In this document: positions 1-14,100 of the stretch, one piece after another
Layout: every line of letters starts with the position of its first letter
Position numbering within the stretch: the first letter of the stretch is position 1
NCBI GenBank assembly: GCA_965235115.1
Contig: OZ249437.1
Span: 30,194,001 to 30,258,000 of the forward strand
Source of the DNA: Laetmonice hystrix
Lineage: Eukaryota
DNA: 64,000 nt
Direction of reading: 5' to 3'
Translations under genes and position numbers: made by a program
Notes under the pieces: model-generated
What the model saw: only the letters and a program-made list of their open reading frames with translations
Database searches by the model: none
Told to the model about the DNA's origin: nothing

Positions 1-3000
1 ACTGACATCAGCAATTGCCTGCTTTATGTCGACCGTCAACTGTTGGTGGAGTGCTTCACCATATCAGAAGTAATTTAATTTTTCTTCTGTCAGTTCTCCA
101 CGCAGCAAAGTGGAGCTAGAAGGTAGCAGAATCGGCCTCAGTATGCCGTATACAACAGGAAACAGATATAGCTATGTTGTGTACACTAATACAAACCAAT
201 ATGGCAATATAAGGTCATCAAAATAACAAACATACAATGGCTACTGACAGCGGTTCTAATAATGAAAAGCAAGAGAAATTGGAATTGTCCATATATGGAC
301 GTTTAGGCGTCCTTTTAAAATGGCTTGACAGACCTTTGGATTTATTGTTGGTGAGGGTACCTTGACAATGAACAATAGATTTACGTAGAAATGTTTAGTA
401 GTCGATGGTATCATGTTCTGTTGATCACCAATATGTGTTTTTTTTGCAGGGGGGGGGGGGGCATGATTATCCTTTCATTGATAGCTAGAACTAATGGAAA
501 TCCTGACTGGATGGGAGCTGGGTGAGGTGAGTCAGTTAGATGGGACACGATTAGTGTATCTCGTGTGATAGTAGGTCGGGGGAGCGGGTGCACTGACAGC
601 GTACGTTATAGGCAGCCAGACTCGGCACATCACGTCACTTGTCTGTTTACCGCAAAATATAGCACTCCCGGGAAATAAACAAAATTAAAGCAGTAAATTG
701 TGGATATCACAATTATAGTTTGTGAGACGTTTCTATCTTTTTATGAAGTTCATGTTGAGTTTTTGATTTGGATATTGGGTCAGTCTGTATTGGAATGATT
801 GAATCATTGTCAGTGCAAATAAATACAGTAGGTACAATGATGTGCTTTAGGTCTGTATTACATACCCCTACGTATGACTAGTACCGGGGTATACAATCAC
901 CGGCCTTTCTGCAGGTATTTTGGAAGCGCCCCCCCCCCCCCAATCCAGAGTGCTCCAAAAATGTTAACGAGATTGACATATAGTGACGTTTAATCAAAAG
1001 TTATAGAAAAACAAAACTGCACCCAAAGTTGGCAGCGGGCGGGTTGCAAGCGTAGGTTTATGGTAGAGTTCTGTGTGGTGGGTTCTGGAGTACCTAGAAA
1101 TGGGTCGTCGGGTTTCCCAAGGAGTCACTAAGGGGGGAGGGATTACAGAGTTTGAGTCCTGACAGCCCTGTGAGCTGCTGAAGAATGGAACCATACGGTC
1201 TAGGTAATCAAAGTTACACTACCGGTACTTGAAAGGAATTGATGTTGCTATTAAAGAATAAGGGACAGTGACAAGATTATTGCTATGAGAGACTACCAGA
1301 CAGGAAACTTCATGTCAGAAACAGTATCTTTAAATGCATGTGAAGAAGAATTAGACCCAGTCAAAATTATTGTGTTGATTAGGTACAGTGTGCAGAAAAC
1401 AAAGTCCATTTGTAGCATCATTGTATGGGCCGAACGGGAGCAGGGACTAAATGGAGGTTCATAACTTGGCATCTCCCCATCTCGCCACCCACCCCTGCCC
1501 CCACTCGTACCCCCATCCCCCCACCCCTCACCCCCACCCTCACATTGGTCCCATATCAGTCAATTACCCACTTCCTCGCCACATCCATAATGGACTGACT
1601 GGCATCGGTATAGTATAATCCATGGCCCTAGTATTAAAGGGGAAATATTGTAATTAGACTCTGGTGCATCGATCCCGTATTTGCTTATCAGTCATATCCA
1701 GCACTGTTCAGACACCACATGCAAATGTTGAAATTGCATCACTCATTTTAAATGTATCAATTTTCTGTGTGTGCCCAATTATGTGTGTCCAGCCAATGAT
1801 ATGAGTATATGGCATAGTGTTGTGAATACGACCTACACCATTTCAGCCTCCATTGGATGAGGCCTGTGAACAGTGGAGGAAATTGACGATAATTACTTAT
1901 AATGATGGAGCATAAATGTGCACAGTTCTACGGGCACTGCACTCAGGCCTCATTTCAGACGAGCCTTAGCCCAGAGTGGAGAAAAAAGTGCCACCGGCCT
2001 GCTACTGGACCCGGTTTATTTGCCCTGAGGCCGACTTTCTCTCTCACCCCAGTACTAGCTTGCAGTTGGCTTTGAATTCGGGCCATTCAGCACGGAGACA
2101 ACTATTGGTGGCTGGATCATAATGGGAATTGTGTGTGAATTACTTGCCCTATGGCGGACATATTTGTGTAGCAGGCAGGCAGGCAGTGTCGGAGGATGGG
2201 ACGGTAAGTAGGAGCGGCCGAGTTGGTGTTTAACAACGCTGGGAACAAACTGGAGGAGACATTGTGGAGGGAAGGACAAGTGTCGACTTGACAGAGGGCA
2301 CAGACTGTGGATCGCCAGGGGCCGGGTAGCAAACAGCTACCGCTCCTCGCTCCACTACAACAGTTCTCAGACATCACAACATCCTTGGAAATAACTTTAG
2401 TCAGAGCTGTTTGATAGGATGTAACCTCCGATTGATTGACAGTCTTTGCAGGGTTTTACCCCCCACCCCCACCCCCACCCCACCCCCTCCTTACCCCTAA
2501 CGCTCACCCCGCTCCAAATGAGCGGATTAGGGGGGTGTGCATGAATTTGCCATGAGCTGTAATGGAGTGTGTCGGGATGACGCCCCATGAATGAGAATTA
2601 ACTGACATAGTCGGCCGGCTATAGATCAGGCCGTGTTGGGAGTCTAGTGAGAGGAAGGAGGCGGTGGAAGGTCGTGCTGCAGGTCGCCGGAAGGACCGGC
2701 GTTAACCCTGGTGTAGGACAGACATCGGTGCCCTTCCCACTGGCAGGGCGGGTAAGGGCGTCCGGCCCCACCCTCAGGTCCCAGATCCAAGTGTTATCAT
2801 GCGAACAACCATTGATTTTTGGTGGCGCCATTGATGAGCGACCAAACGAGAAGTGACTGCTATCATGTCGGTCGTGTTTCTGGCGGACCGTCCTTCCTCC
2901 CGGCCCGGCACGGCCCTAGACTCTCACTACTGCCACTGATACCATCCTCAACAGACAGCCCTGGATCTCCTCAGACATCTCTACTACCCCATGTGTACCC

Positions 3001-4213
3001 CCACACCGACCCTCACCCCACACTCCCACACCATTCCCCCATGAATTCCTCCTCCGCAATACGTGACTAATATGAAAATCCATAGTCGGCTTCACATGAA
3101 CTGGCTTTCCTTTATAAGCCTTTCAGATAGGAAATTCGTAATTGCACTCAGGTTATTGATACACAACTTTACATTGGTGTGAGAATCCACAGGTACCTTT
3201 CTCGCGTGTCCTCGCAACTCGGAAATCCTGAACCCAGCCGTACAGTAAAGTGGGTCATTTGGTCGCAAATATAGTTGCAGACTTGTTAGTTGTTGGAGTA
3301 TTTTTTCGGCCACCTATTTCCGATCATTGAACATGCCCTGGGGAGATAACATGTCCATACCGACTGCTACATGATTGTGTAATCAAGTGAAAAAGGTCAG
3401 GAACAGTTCACTTCATGATGCTAGACCGAAACACATTACGCTTATCGTTATTAAGTAAAGAGGCCGACAGGCAAACAGTCCAGTGTCACTGACGAGGATG
3501 GTGAAACAGAACATTGGAAAATGGAACAACTTGGAAAATTCGTAATGAAGGAAGCACACAGTTGATTAAGAAAGCACGGGAACCTAGAAATTGAATATAA
3601 AAAGTGCACGATTAATTAAGGAAGCACAACCCAGTAGAGGTTGCTTGGGGGGGCACAAAATTAGCTAAGAAATTTAGGAAACGCTTTCTTGTACAAATTT
3701 CGCACACAGCATAGAAAAGTAAGCACCCTGTTTAGATCACCTGAATAACGAATGACGCAATTATTTAAGGGAAATTGCGAATTTCTCTGGGTTTTGCAAT
3801 GGGAGCAGTGTTGAGAATTACACAATTTAAACTTCATTGTTATTGACAGCCGTGGGAAGACTTTATGAAAGCTTTACTTGGAACATGGAGAGGAGACTAT
3901 TTCCCTCCTGGAACAGGCGATGTTCACATCCTCCGGTGAGGTGGAACCCCTGACCAGTGTGTAGCTATTTACTTGGAATGTTAAATTATTGAGCTGTTAT
4001 TGCCTTGAAATGATGGGTCCACGTTAGATAGATTGTCATAATTAATCTTCCTGCTTTTAGATACTTTTTTGGAACTCATCAGTTGAATGTTAGCCGCATG
4101 TTGCTGCTTTCTTGGCGGGTCTTAATTAACACATGGAAGGGGATGGAACGGTTATCTGTCATTTCTTCAATTGCTATCGACCCGCCATTGAATTTTGCTG
4201 TGTTTATTTCCAG

Positions 4214-4318
4214 CCCCGCCAGAACCTGTTATCGGCAGCAAACCGTATCGGCGAGGCGAGCCACGACATCATGCGCAAAGTTGGCGAGGACGAGGAGGAT
4301 GGCGATAGAGCTTTTGAG
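4214..4318 (+). CDS. TLN: Talin exon (end of R1): PRQNLLSAANRIGEASHDIMRKVGEDEEDGDRAFE
   Basis: tttccag acceptor, GAG|gtcagg donor, 105 nt, phase 0/0; resembles talin EPRQNLLQAAGNVGQAS. Confidence 0.92.
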
Positions 4319-7300
4319 GTCAGGATACACTTCATCTCCTTGCTTCTTTCACTCCTTTCTCCTCCTACTCCGCCTTCTCCCAAGTGGCGAATCCTTTGAG
4401 GGGACGGTGGGACTTCATTTATTTTGTTATAGGGTTGAAACGAAACCAACCAAGTCATGAGATTGCGAATTAGAGCATTCAATAGTTTCAGCTGGATGCT
4501 TTTAATGAAATGGGTCAAAAGGGTCCCGCCGGAGTGGGCCAAGTAATTGGATAACTTGCCTCTAAGAGTTCCTCCTAACTTGATTCGCTTGTGTACATTT
4601 CATGCCCGATCAAAGGCTTTGAATTCAAAGACCTGAAACAAGGAATTGTGTTATTTCGAATGTATCGTAAACATTTTCGTGAAAAGGCTGACTTGAAGGC
4701 ACTTCTGTTCGGCTATCGGCATATATTTCTGGTTGCTCTCTGCATGATGAATCACGTCGGTTCCTTTTGATGTTTGGGCTATGTAATAATTTGAAAGCCG
4801 GCCATAGCGAGTACGGTGGTCAATATTGCACAGCCATTTGAAAGTTGGACCAAGGCTGAGCGTGGGCTTTTAAATCTTTACTGTAATTGGATCTCGGCAT
4901 TAGTCTGAAGCCTGCACCTTAAGTTGGTATTGTAATACTGCAGCCCGCCGCCACATGACTGATGGCGGCATGTCTAGACAAAGGAAAACATTGAGATTGT
5001 TATATTGATCGTGAAGATCAGGAGGCAGGCTGGGGTATACCGTACGTGTTCTTCAACTGACCATGCTTGCGACCAGGAATTTCTCCTGGGATAGGGCGAC
5101 CTTGACCATGGCTGCAAACTGGGGGATTTCTCCTCTAAGCCATGTAACGCCATTCGAAGCCAGGGTAAATGGATAAAGGTTATGGCTGGGAGGAGGGGGG
5201 GGGGGGGGGGGTCATTGAACCACATCTGACGGATATAGCTCAACACGTTATTGGAGAACAAAAATAAGTTTTTCAATCACGCGAAAAGAAAGAATCGTTT
5301 GGAGGGCTTTGTTGTTTTACGTCATACGATGTCAGGAAACGTTGATTATGTCTTTCAGGATACGTTACTTGCCCTGGCGAAGGCGGTGGCCAACGCGACT
5401 GCAGCACTCGTACTGAAGGCGAAAGGTGTGGCGAGCAAATGTGACAATCAGGCCTTACAGAACAAAGTGATCAGCTCGGCCACTCAGTGCGCGCTCGCCA
5501 CCTCACAACTGGTGGCCTGTACCAAGGTCAGTTTCGGGTCAGCTCGACGGTTACCAAGACGGGGGGGGGGGGGGGGGGGGGCTGAGCCGAGGCATTGTGT
5601 TGTTCTTGCCAATCTTGTATTAGATATTGTATTCATATCATGCGGAGATTAAAAGTCGTCCGAAGTTAAAATATAACACTGTGTGAATTAGTTTATTGTA
5701 CATTTGATAAAGGTACACTGATGGAGAATATTATGATAATATGAACTTCACCCTGATGTAGGTGGTGGCGCCAACCATACAAAACCCGGCCTGTCAGGAA
5801 CAACTGGTGGAGGCCGCCAAGACCGTGGCCAAGTCAGTGGAGGGCGTCGTTGACACTTCCCGGGTGAGTCACCTTAGGGAAATTAACTGGACCTGAGGGT
5901 CAGAGAGAAAGAAGGCTTTCTTGGATCAGGTTTGCTTCGGTCAGGCACATTTAAAGAAAATGTATGGGTCTTGTACAAGGTTGGGCCGATGAGTATGATC
6001 ATGCAAGCTCCCACTGAACACAAGAGTTTGGCCTGGCACTAGAAGGTCCTTCCAAATTTGTTGGTCTGTTTCATTGGTCAATCAGTCAATTAACCAATGG
6101 AAACTGTGGTGACAGGGTGTGCAACTAGAGTTGTCACAGCATGATGGTAGCAGTCAGGCGAAAGAAAATGTAGGACTGCCCAAATACGAAACAGTGCAAG
6201 GAACAGTTTGTGGACAAGTTAGTATTGAGATCTATGATACAGTAAAAAGGCACGTTACTGGTGTGACCTAACACAGAATGCAACTAATAATATGTGGACC
6301 TTTTGATATTCAGATATGATACATTCCTTTGGATCAAAGGTCATTGATTAACAGTTCGGACCAGGGGTGGAACAGCAGCTGGGGCAACCGATTATGTTTT
6401 ACATTCTTGAATATTTTGTAATATACATCCTTAATAACAGCATCCTCCTTAATTCAGAGGTGCCATCAGGCCGGGCAGAACAATAGAATTAGGGCACTTA
6501 GAGCAGATATAAGGACGGTTACATTATGCAGAAGGGACATACTTCACTGGCGTAACTTTGCAACGACGCCCAGTGCTTTGGGTATTAATGAAAAAAATAG
6601 TCATCAATCTTTTATAACTACATCTAAAAATGCATAAGTCTGGTAGAGAAAGTGGTAGGAACTCTCCATCGGATGTAAATGAAGGTAGAAATGAATATGG
6701 ATCGCCGGATGCCACTGAGCTCATTATTGGGTGCCAGTATTGAAGTTGAGTAATAAAGAAATGTGTGGCCCTCGTAAATGATATTGATGACATGGTTCTG
6801 GGCTAATGTAGTGGATAGTCCGACAAACGCTTAGTAACCCCGGCAGTGGAGGCAGAATGTATGCAATATTGGCAGGGATCAAGTCAGCAGGGCGCCGTGA
6901 TGGTGGTGGCGGTGGTGGTGGTGGTGGTGGTGGGGGGGGGGGGTGAAGTGGGGGACGAACCGTCAGCCGCAGTCCCGACTCACGATCAGGACATGTCGTC
7001 CAGCCACACCTTGAGTTGCCATTAAATACACATCAGCCGTTAAGAAACATGGCTCGCTCTACGCCTCACCCTCATCACCCATGTACCATTTTCACGTAGA
7101 AAGGTGCCCGGGGACATTAACTGTAAATGACCTCGGCCATATTCATTAGCCTGGCGCTCACCTGGCTATCTGAGTCATTGAAATAACCACCGATACAGGT
7201 CGCCAGCTATCCGTCAATTGTCTCCCAGATTATTTCCCTGGCCCTCATTCCCCCCAATCCCACCTCACCCTGATCCAAGATGATTTCTTGACGTGTTCAC

Positions 7301-8087
7301 CGTTAGCAGTGACTGTTTTTTGACGTGTTCACCGTTAGCAGTGACGGCGTTTGTTGACGTGTTCACCGTTAGCAGTGACGGCGTTTCTTGACGTGTTCAC
7401 CGATAGCAGTGAGGCGTTCTTTGACGTGTTCACTGTTAGCAGTGACTGTGTTCATCAATAGCAATGACCATGTTGTATGTTTTGTACTCCAGTCTGCCAC
7501 CAAGGACGACAAAACGCTACAGGATCTGGGAGGGGCCGCTACATCTGTCACCAAGGCCCTCAACGACCTGCTCCAGCATATCCGGAAGGGCACCGGCGAC
7601 AATCAGGTCAGTGACACTTCTAGTTCTAACGGCTGTTTGTCATTTCATTGCTCTTTGTTCAATGAAATTTGATATTTGTTTTCGAATGTTGAATATAAAT
7701 ATTCTTTCTTGCGATCCTACTTACCTAATGCCGGGTGCTCTTTCCTACTGATTTTTTTTATATTTAAACTATATTTTTGTCATTGGATATTTGAGTTGAC
7801 TGTTGAAACTGTCGACAGGTTTCGATTATATTACATGTGGCAGGCTGGAGACTGTCCGTAAACGGGCAAGGGTTCTGTATAGACGGTGGGCAGTCCGTCT
7901 CATCTACCGAGAACCGTTCAGAGTAATGAGCTCTAATAAGAGAGCAGTAATTGCATTAATGGTGATCCCCCTGTTAGCATCCAGTCTGCCACTGTCAGAC
8001 TCGACAAATTACGGGTGACAAATGGATAACGAGAACGATGACACGGCTCTGTGGTCCGAGCTGGTGTCTGCAGCAGCAGCAGCAACA

Positions 8088-8118
<31 letters not shown>

Positions 8119-11100
8119 GCAGGCAGCAGCAGCAGCAGCAGGCAGCAGCAGCAGCAGGCAGCAGCAGGCAGGCAGCAGCAGCAGGCAGCAGCAGCAGCAG
8201 CAGCAGCAGGCAGCAGCAGCAGCAGCAGCAGCAGCAGGCAGCAGCAGCAGCAGGCAGCAGCAGCAGCAGGCAGCAGCAGGCAGCAGCAGCTGGTAGCAGC
8301 AGCAGGCAGCAGCAGGCAGCAGCAGCAGCAGGCAGCAGGCAGCAGGCAGCAGGCAGCAGGCAGCAGGCAGCAGTAGCAGCAGTGGTAGCATTGTACACCC
8401 TGATATATAAGTAGTTAGATCAGGTGGTCATCTCCCTGGAGGTACCGCCTGAAGCCATGTCTCCGGTGTCTTCCATTGCATTCCCATCTCGCAGTAGTAA
8501 TTACGTTCACTCCGGATGGACAAATGCAAGGATATCCTCCATCTCGCATCCTGCCTGGGAGGCAATTGCTCTCAATGAATATAATGGTGACTTGCTTAAC
8601 TGTGGAGCATTGATACCTGACGATATCAACAAACCAGCTTACAGGGATGTAATTCTGGAAATGGGACCTTGGGGATGTAACCTTCCTTAGTTTTGTACTT
8701 AGACTGGAGCAACAAATTGACTCCGTCATGGAGTGTGACCGCCGCGCTGTCACATGCCGTGATGATCTAATTACGATGTAATGAGAGAGTGTTAATTAAT
8801 GAAGTGGCTGACCGTGGGAATGTTTGTGTTGTTGATGACAGGGTAACGAGGGCCATGTGGACACCATACTGACGGCCACTGATAAACTGTTTGGCAGTAT
8901 GGGAGACACGCCCGAAATGGTGAAACAGGCGCGCATTCTGGCCCAGGTAAGATATGATAACTACAGTTGGACCAAACAGCAGGGTCTGGTAGTAACGGGT
9001 CCTTAACGGTCAGAGGTCAATGTCTTTGGTGCCTAGATGTTTTACACTTTGTAAAGAAGATAGATTGGACACTGACATGCATTCAGAGATGGTAGATTCT
9101 GTATTTTGATATATAGTATCTGGATTATTGTTCTATTCTATCGACTCTGAAAGTATGTGGTTTGTGTAGTGTTTAGTGCTCCAAGTACTGAAGCATTTAG
9201 AAAGATCTATAGAGGTGTCTATTTTGTCCGCCATGTGTGTGCCCGATTTGACGTTACGTCATTACGTCGTGTCGTTGTAGGCCACGTCCCAGCTGGTGAA
9301 CGCCATCAAGTGTCAGGCCGAGATACACCCCGACTCTGAAATCCAGAAGAAACTGTTAGCTGCAGCCAAGATGTTGGCTGACGCCACGGCCAGGATGGTG
9401 GAAGCTGCCAAGGTAGTACCATTATCAATTCACCATTTGACCCTCGGTCCCCAATTATTGGTTGGACAGTCAGAAAGGAGACAAGTGTCTGTTATATTGG
9501 GCACTAAAATGCCTGCTTTATATAAGCGAATACAAGATTATTGCAAAATGGGATTCAGGTTCAATAACCGGGATAGTCCCAAGCTAATTGAACTTGGCTG
9601 TGCTTGAATTGTTAACTACCATCTTTACTTTCTTAATGAGACACCAAGAGCGAAGTGTAACTAAATATAGATTGTTGAAGAATCCAAGGCATCATCAGGG
9701 TAGAAGATTTTAGATTTCAAGTTACACATCCTTTGGATGTATCCATTGTGTTAGTCATTGGAAATATTTACACTAGCACGAGTCCTGCTGTGTATTCTGT
9801 AGCCTGGAAGCAAGGCTGCTCTAATCCCGATGAAATTCTAATTTCAAGTTTAAAATTAGGGCTGGATTAATGATGCCATGTTATATGGGTGAAAAGAAGT
9901 ACCTACCGTCGAAGGAAAGTCTGACGGCCTATCAAAACGGTTGACGTTGACAAAAGCACATGATAAGAGAAATAACACTGCTCGGGAAGTATTGCCCAAC
10001 CTATTAATTACTGAACACGTCAAAGAGGTATTCCATTTAAGTCAAAGACTGATAGCTGAAAGCACAAAGAATGACAAATTTGGAAAATGGAAAATCTGTG
10101 CTGATAGATGCAGGGATGATAGGGATTTTGTGTAATGGATGCCCAGGTCCTAACAAATCATCCGTGTATCGCTCGTCACAGCAGTCACAGTGTAGGCCGG
10201 TGTCTTTACGGTAGCCTATCTGGTTTGGCCTTTTTACGGGTTTAATAAATTGCACTGAAAATAGCAACATGTCGGTGTCAGCTGGTGGGAGTGTGGAGGG
10301 CATATTCTACGCATAGAAGGATATTCTACGGTGAGTCATTCCACCTGGGAATACTGTGTCGTAAAACCTGAATTAAATGGTAATGATAATTCGTTGATCA
10401 TCTCCAGTCTGTGATGGGTAGTAGCGGTAAGGTCGTACTTGATAGGGGCGAGGCCTCAGACAGCTGGCAGATACACTTGCTGATAATGTGATAAATATCA
10501 CGCTATGCTAGATTTGAGTCTGATTCGGTAAATTCAAGTCATATATCAGTATCTTGAAGTTTGTTTTAAACAATAAGATTTAAGTTTACTGCCTCGTAAG
10601 TTTATTATATTTGTAGAAGATGGTTAATTTATTGTCAGATTGGACTTAATATTTTCCCGGAGAGAAAGCACAGAATAAGATAGTAGAGATTTATCCAAGG
10701 GCATCATCTCAGTACTTTCTGACAGGCTAAACTGGATGAACTAAATCAGTTAAGGGCAGTGATTATTAAACTAATGAGCAATTAAAGTGTTCCTGCCCTA
10801 TATTCACAGTTATTTATGCCTGTAGCCCATTATATTTTATGAAATATGTTTATGAACACTGATATATGTGAGACCAGTGTATTGTCGCCTATTTCCTCCA
10901 CCGTCACTATTGGTCCTGTTCTCCATCCCTACAGTCTGAACACCTGTCTCTGTCCCAAGCTTTCACCCAACAACCCAATATTTTAACCAGTCACCACAAT
11001 CCACCTCCCTAGACCCTCACCACACACCTCCATGTAACATTGTCCTGACGGCCAATTAGCACAGATAATAGCACTACATGTGAAAGAATACCTTCAACAT

Positions 11101-14100
11101 GGTGTCAGTTTGGAATTCCTTGATGGGGATAGGATTATTATTATTGTGGATATCGGAATAACTCTAGGGAATTCCATGAGCAGCAAGGTTACAATAGCAC
11201 TACCAGTTATTCATTAGCCTGGGAAAGCAGCCATGAGTTGTCGTCAGGTACCCAAGGACTGGGAACGTTCCCAGTAGACATGGAACCTTTCAATGGCATA
11301 CAGCAGTTTCAATATCAGACATTTACCTTCTTATCGTACACAACGATCTGGTAATGTTCCTATGGTGATGAGTGCCCCCAGGCTGGCTGCAAGAAAATTG
11401 GCAGGTCCGTCCAAGTTCCATTAGTAGCAAATTGTTCTGCTTGACTGTTCATTATTTTTCAATTGATTGTGTTTTCATATGTATTATATCTTGATTTTCT
11501 CTCTCATTGATATGTGTTTCTATCATATTGACCGTTGTGGATTTCCTCGGGGTTCATTTGTGTGGTTATATTTATGTCTTTTTTTGCCAACAGGGATCGG
11601 GACACAAGAACACACTGTGCAAGGCAGCGGAGGAACTGTGCGCTGCCACTGCTTCTTTAACATCTGACATTCTCAAGGTCATAAAACACACCAAGCAGCT
11701 TGTAGCACATCTCTCAGATCGTCATGCTAAACTTAGAAAGTGTTACTGCTCTCTGTTACCTCCAAAAACCCATACACGAAAACCAAAACATCCCAGCTGC
11801 ATAATTATCTCAATTTTCAGTTGTCTTAATTGTTCTCTTCAATTAGCTTTTTGTGCGGTTAAATGACATAAATATGCGTAGATTGTGGCTTTTTATGCGT
11901 ATTTATTGCTAGCGTTTTCAGACCTAATATGCGTATCGAGAGGATAAATAGGTTTGTCAATTACATCTCGCAGATTAAATTAAAGAACTTGCAACTTTGT
12001 GAATTGGTAAGAAATTTTCAGATGTCATTGCTATTTCAAGACAAATGACAATAATAAGGAAATGTCTGATAGAGCGAATGTAGGTCATTGTAATATATTT
12101 TTTGATGATGCTATCAATACAAGAATCAAATTAAGTTCTTCGCCGAGTCGTTGCCCTTTTGAAATAGTCGCCGTGCATATATAGACCAAAGCAAGAGGTA
12201 CTGTCGTGACATTTGAAGGTTTTAATGCAGGATGAAATGAAATGAATAACTTCGCTTAGTCAGTAACTTGTAGATTTCATCTACTCTGTCATGTGTCCGT
12301 TTTACAAAATTCCATTCTTCTTGTTAGCGTGTTTTGCTAATAATGCATGCCGTCATTTGTTCGTTATAGAGAAAGTTTGGGCTGCTTCATTGCTTCATAT
12401 TTTGGTTCGAACAGTTTGTTATGAAAGTTCAAGGATGAGTTCCTCATGTTGGTAATTTCCCATAGCGAGGAGTACATAAATTACCAACACTGGGGATCTT
12501 ACTGTATTAATTATCAGTTATTGCCCAGTTCCCTGCAGAGAAACGTTAACTAGTGTTATGTTGTTGTTGCTGATTAATGTGTATGGAATTTAAAACAATA
12601 GTTTTAATGTCGATGCCCTCAAATATAGCGGTATGTAATAACAGGGCACCGACATTCATTATGCAGCCCCTTTTTCTTTATTTGCCCTCTCAATCAACAT
12701 TAAAACTCAATATTACACTGCAAAAAGATTTGATTACTCTGGAGGACATGCCACCAAAATCTTTTTAAAGGTAGCATGAGGTCTGTGTGTGTGTGGTCAA
12801 CTGTTTTGGTGTGTTGCACTTTTGGTAAAATGGCTGAAATTGTTGACGCTTCCTTGCATTCCAGATTCATCTTTCCCTTGTGTGAACCTTGGTGTGTGCT
12901 TAGTTTTCGTGCATGGCATCCGTCTTTCAAGGCGGACAACATTGAAATAATATGTGAATGAATTAAAGCAGTTTTCTACCCCTTCACTAACCGATCTTGT
13001 TCCCATTGCCTGTTGTTGTTTGTGGTTTGAGTAGAGCTCTCACTTGTACCTCACCCACTCGACCATCCGTTTTACTGGCTATGATTTCTTACAGGACAGG
13101 AAGGTTGAAAAGAGGAGATCGCGCCATGTACGCCATAAGATGAAGAAGGCCGTGGAGGACCTTTGTAACGCCACCAATACATTGACAACTGAAATACTCG
13201 AGGTTCATCTCGCTAAGACTTTCCTTCTTATGCTTTTTTCGATTTCCTCATCAGCTTGCCTATGTCTTTGATGATTTAAATGCTGACGGATGTTTTGACG
13301 TTGTTGACGTGATTGACGTAACGGTGTGTCGTTTCCAGGGTTACCAGAGTGACACTGAAACCATTCACAAGAGATCTTTAAGGAAGGCAGCGGAGAATGT
13401 GTGCACAGTTACCACATTGTTGGCATCCGATATCATAGAGGTTAACCATATTATAACTATTCTTGTTCTTACCAAATGATATTTATCAAAGATATTTACA
13501 AATATAAGTCTTTAGTAAGATGGGCTTTATCTTTATTTTAAGTTCTAGGGCTGGTTGGTGTGTATTTCTTGGTCGAAAACGCAAACAAGGGTTGGTTAGT
13601 GACATCTTGTAAAAGATCCAAGGATGAGGAGATAGATGAGTAGAAAGTGTCTAAGATGATGGAAGGCTTGCCTGGCGTAATGAGTTCTGCTCTGCCATAC
13701 GCTGTAGAATTGCCTCTCTATTACACGGTGTATATTTACTGTCAGCGGGCAGTGGGCACAAGGCGTAGATATCAGGCGTAGGGTGAGAGGCTTAGATACT
13801 CGCATGGTGTAACCATGATTGGTTGACGGCCAGCCATGTTGCAGGGCTACCAAAGCGACACGACCGAATCAAGCGGTACCCTGACCTTGAAGCGGGCAGC
13901 CGAAGATCTCTGCTCAGCAACCAACACCCTCGCAAATGACATCCTTGAGGTGCAATTTCTGTGAAATTTGTTCCGTCCTCCTTTTCGTCCACGAGTATTT
14001 CAATCGATTTCAACTGATAAGAGTGCAATTTGCAAGCCTTATCAGATGTTCAGGCACACATGTAATTCCACAAGCCATCCAAGGATGATTTGTCACCGGC

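Noticed and set aside
3850-3935. Exon-like segment (gacag acceptor, CG|gtgagg donor; PWEDFMKALLGTWRGDYFPPGTGDVHIL)
   Set aside because: At 86 nt it cannot join the phase-0 exon at 4214 in the open frame, and it has no talin similarity. At best an unproven poison exon.
1-4213. Search for the preceding talin R1 exon or another gene
   Set aside because: No segment resembled the expected R1 sequence. The short ORFs on both strands look non-coding, so this was treated as intron.
7933-8414. Overlapping polyQ/polyA/polyS/polyL ORFs on both strands
   Set aside because: They are by-products of the CAG microsatellite. CAGG interruptions shift frame and no splice sites place them in talin.
10265-10330. 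Possible 12th array exon ending ...IEGYST|gtgagt
   Set aside because: It is phase 0/0 but has no pyrimidine tract and lacks the conserved helix; GYST probably comes from a local ATATTCTACG duplication.
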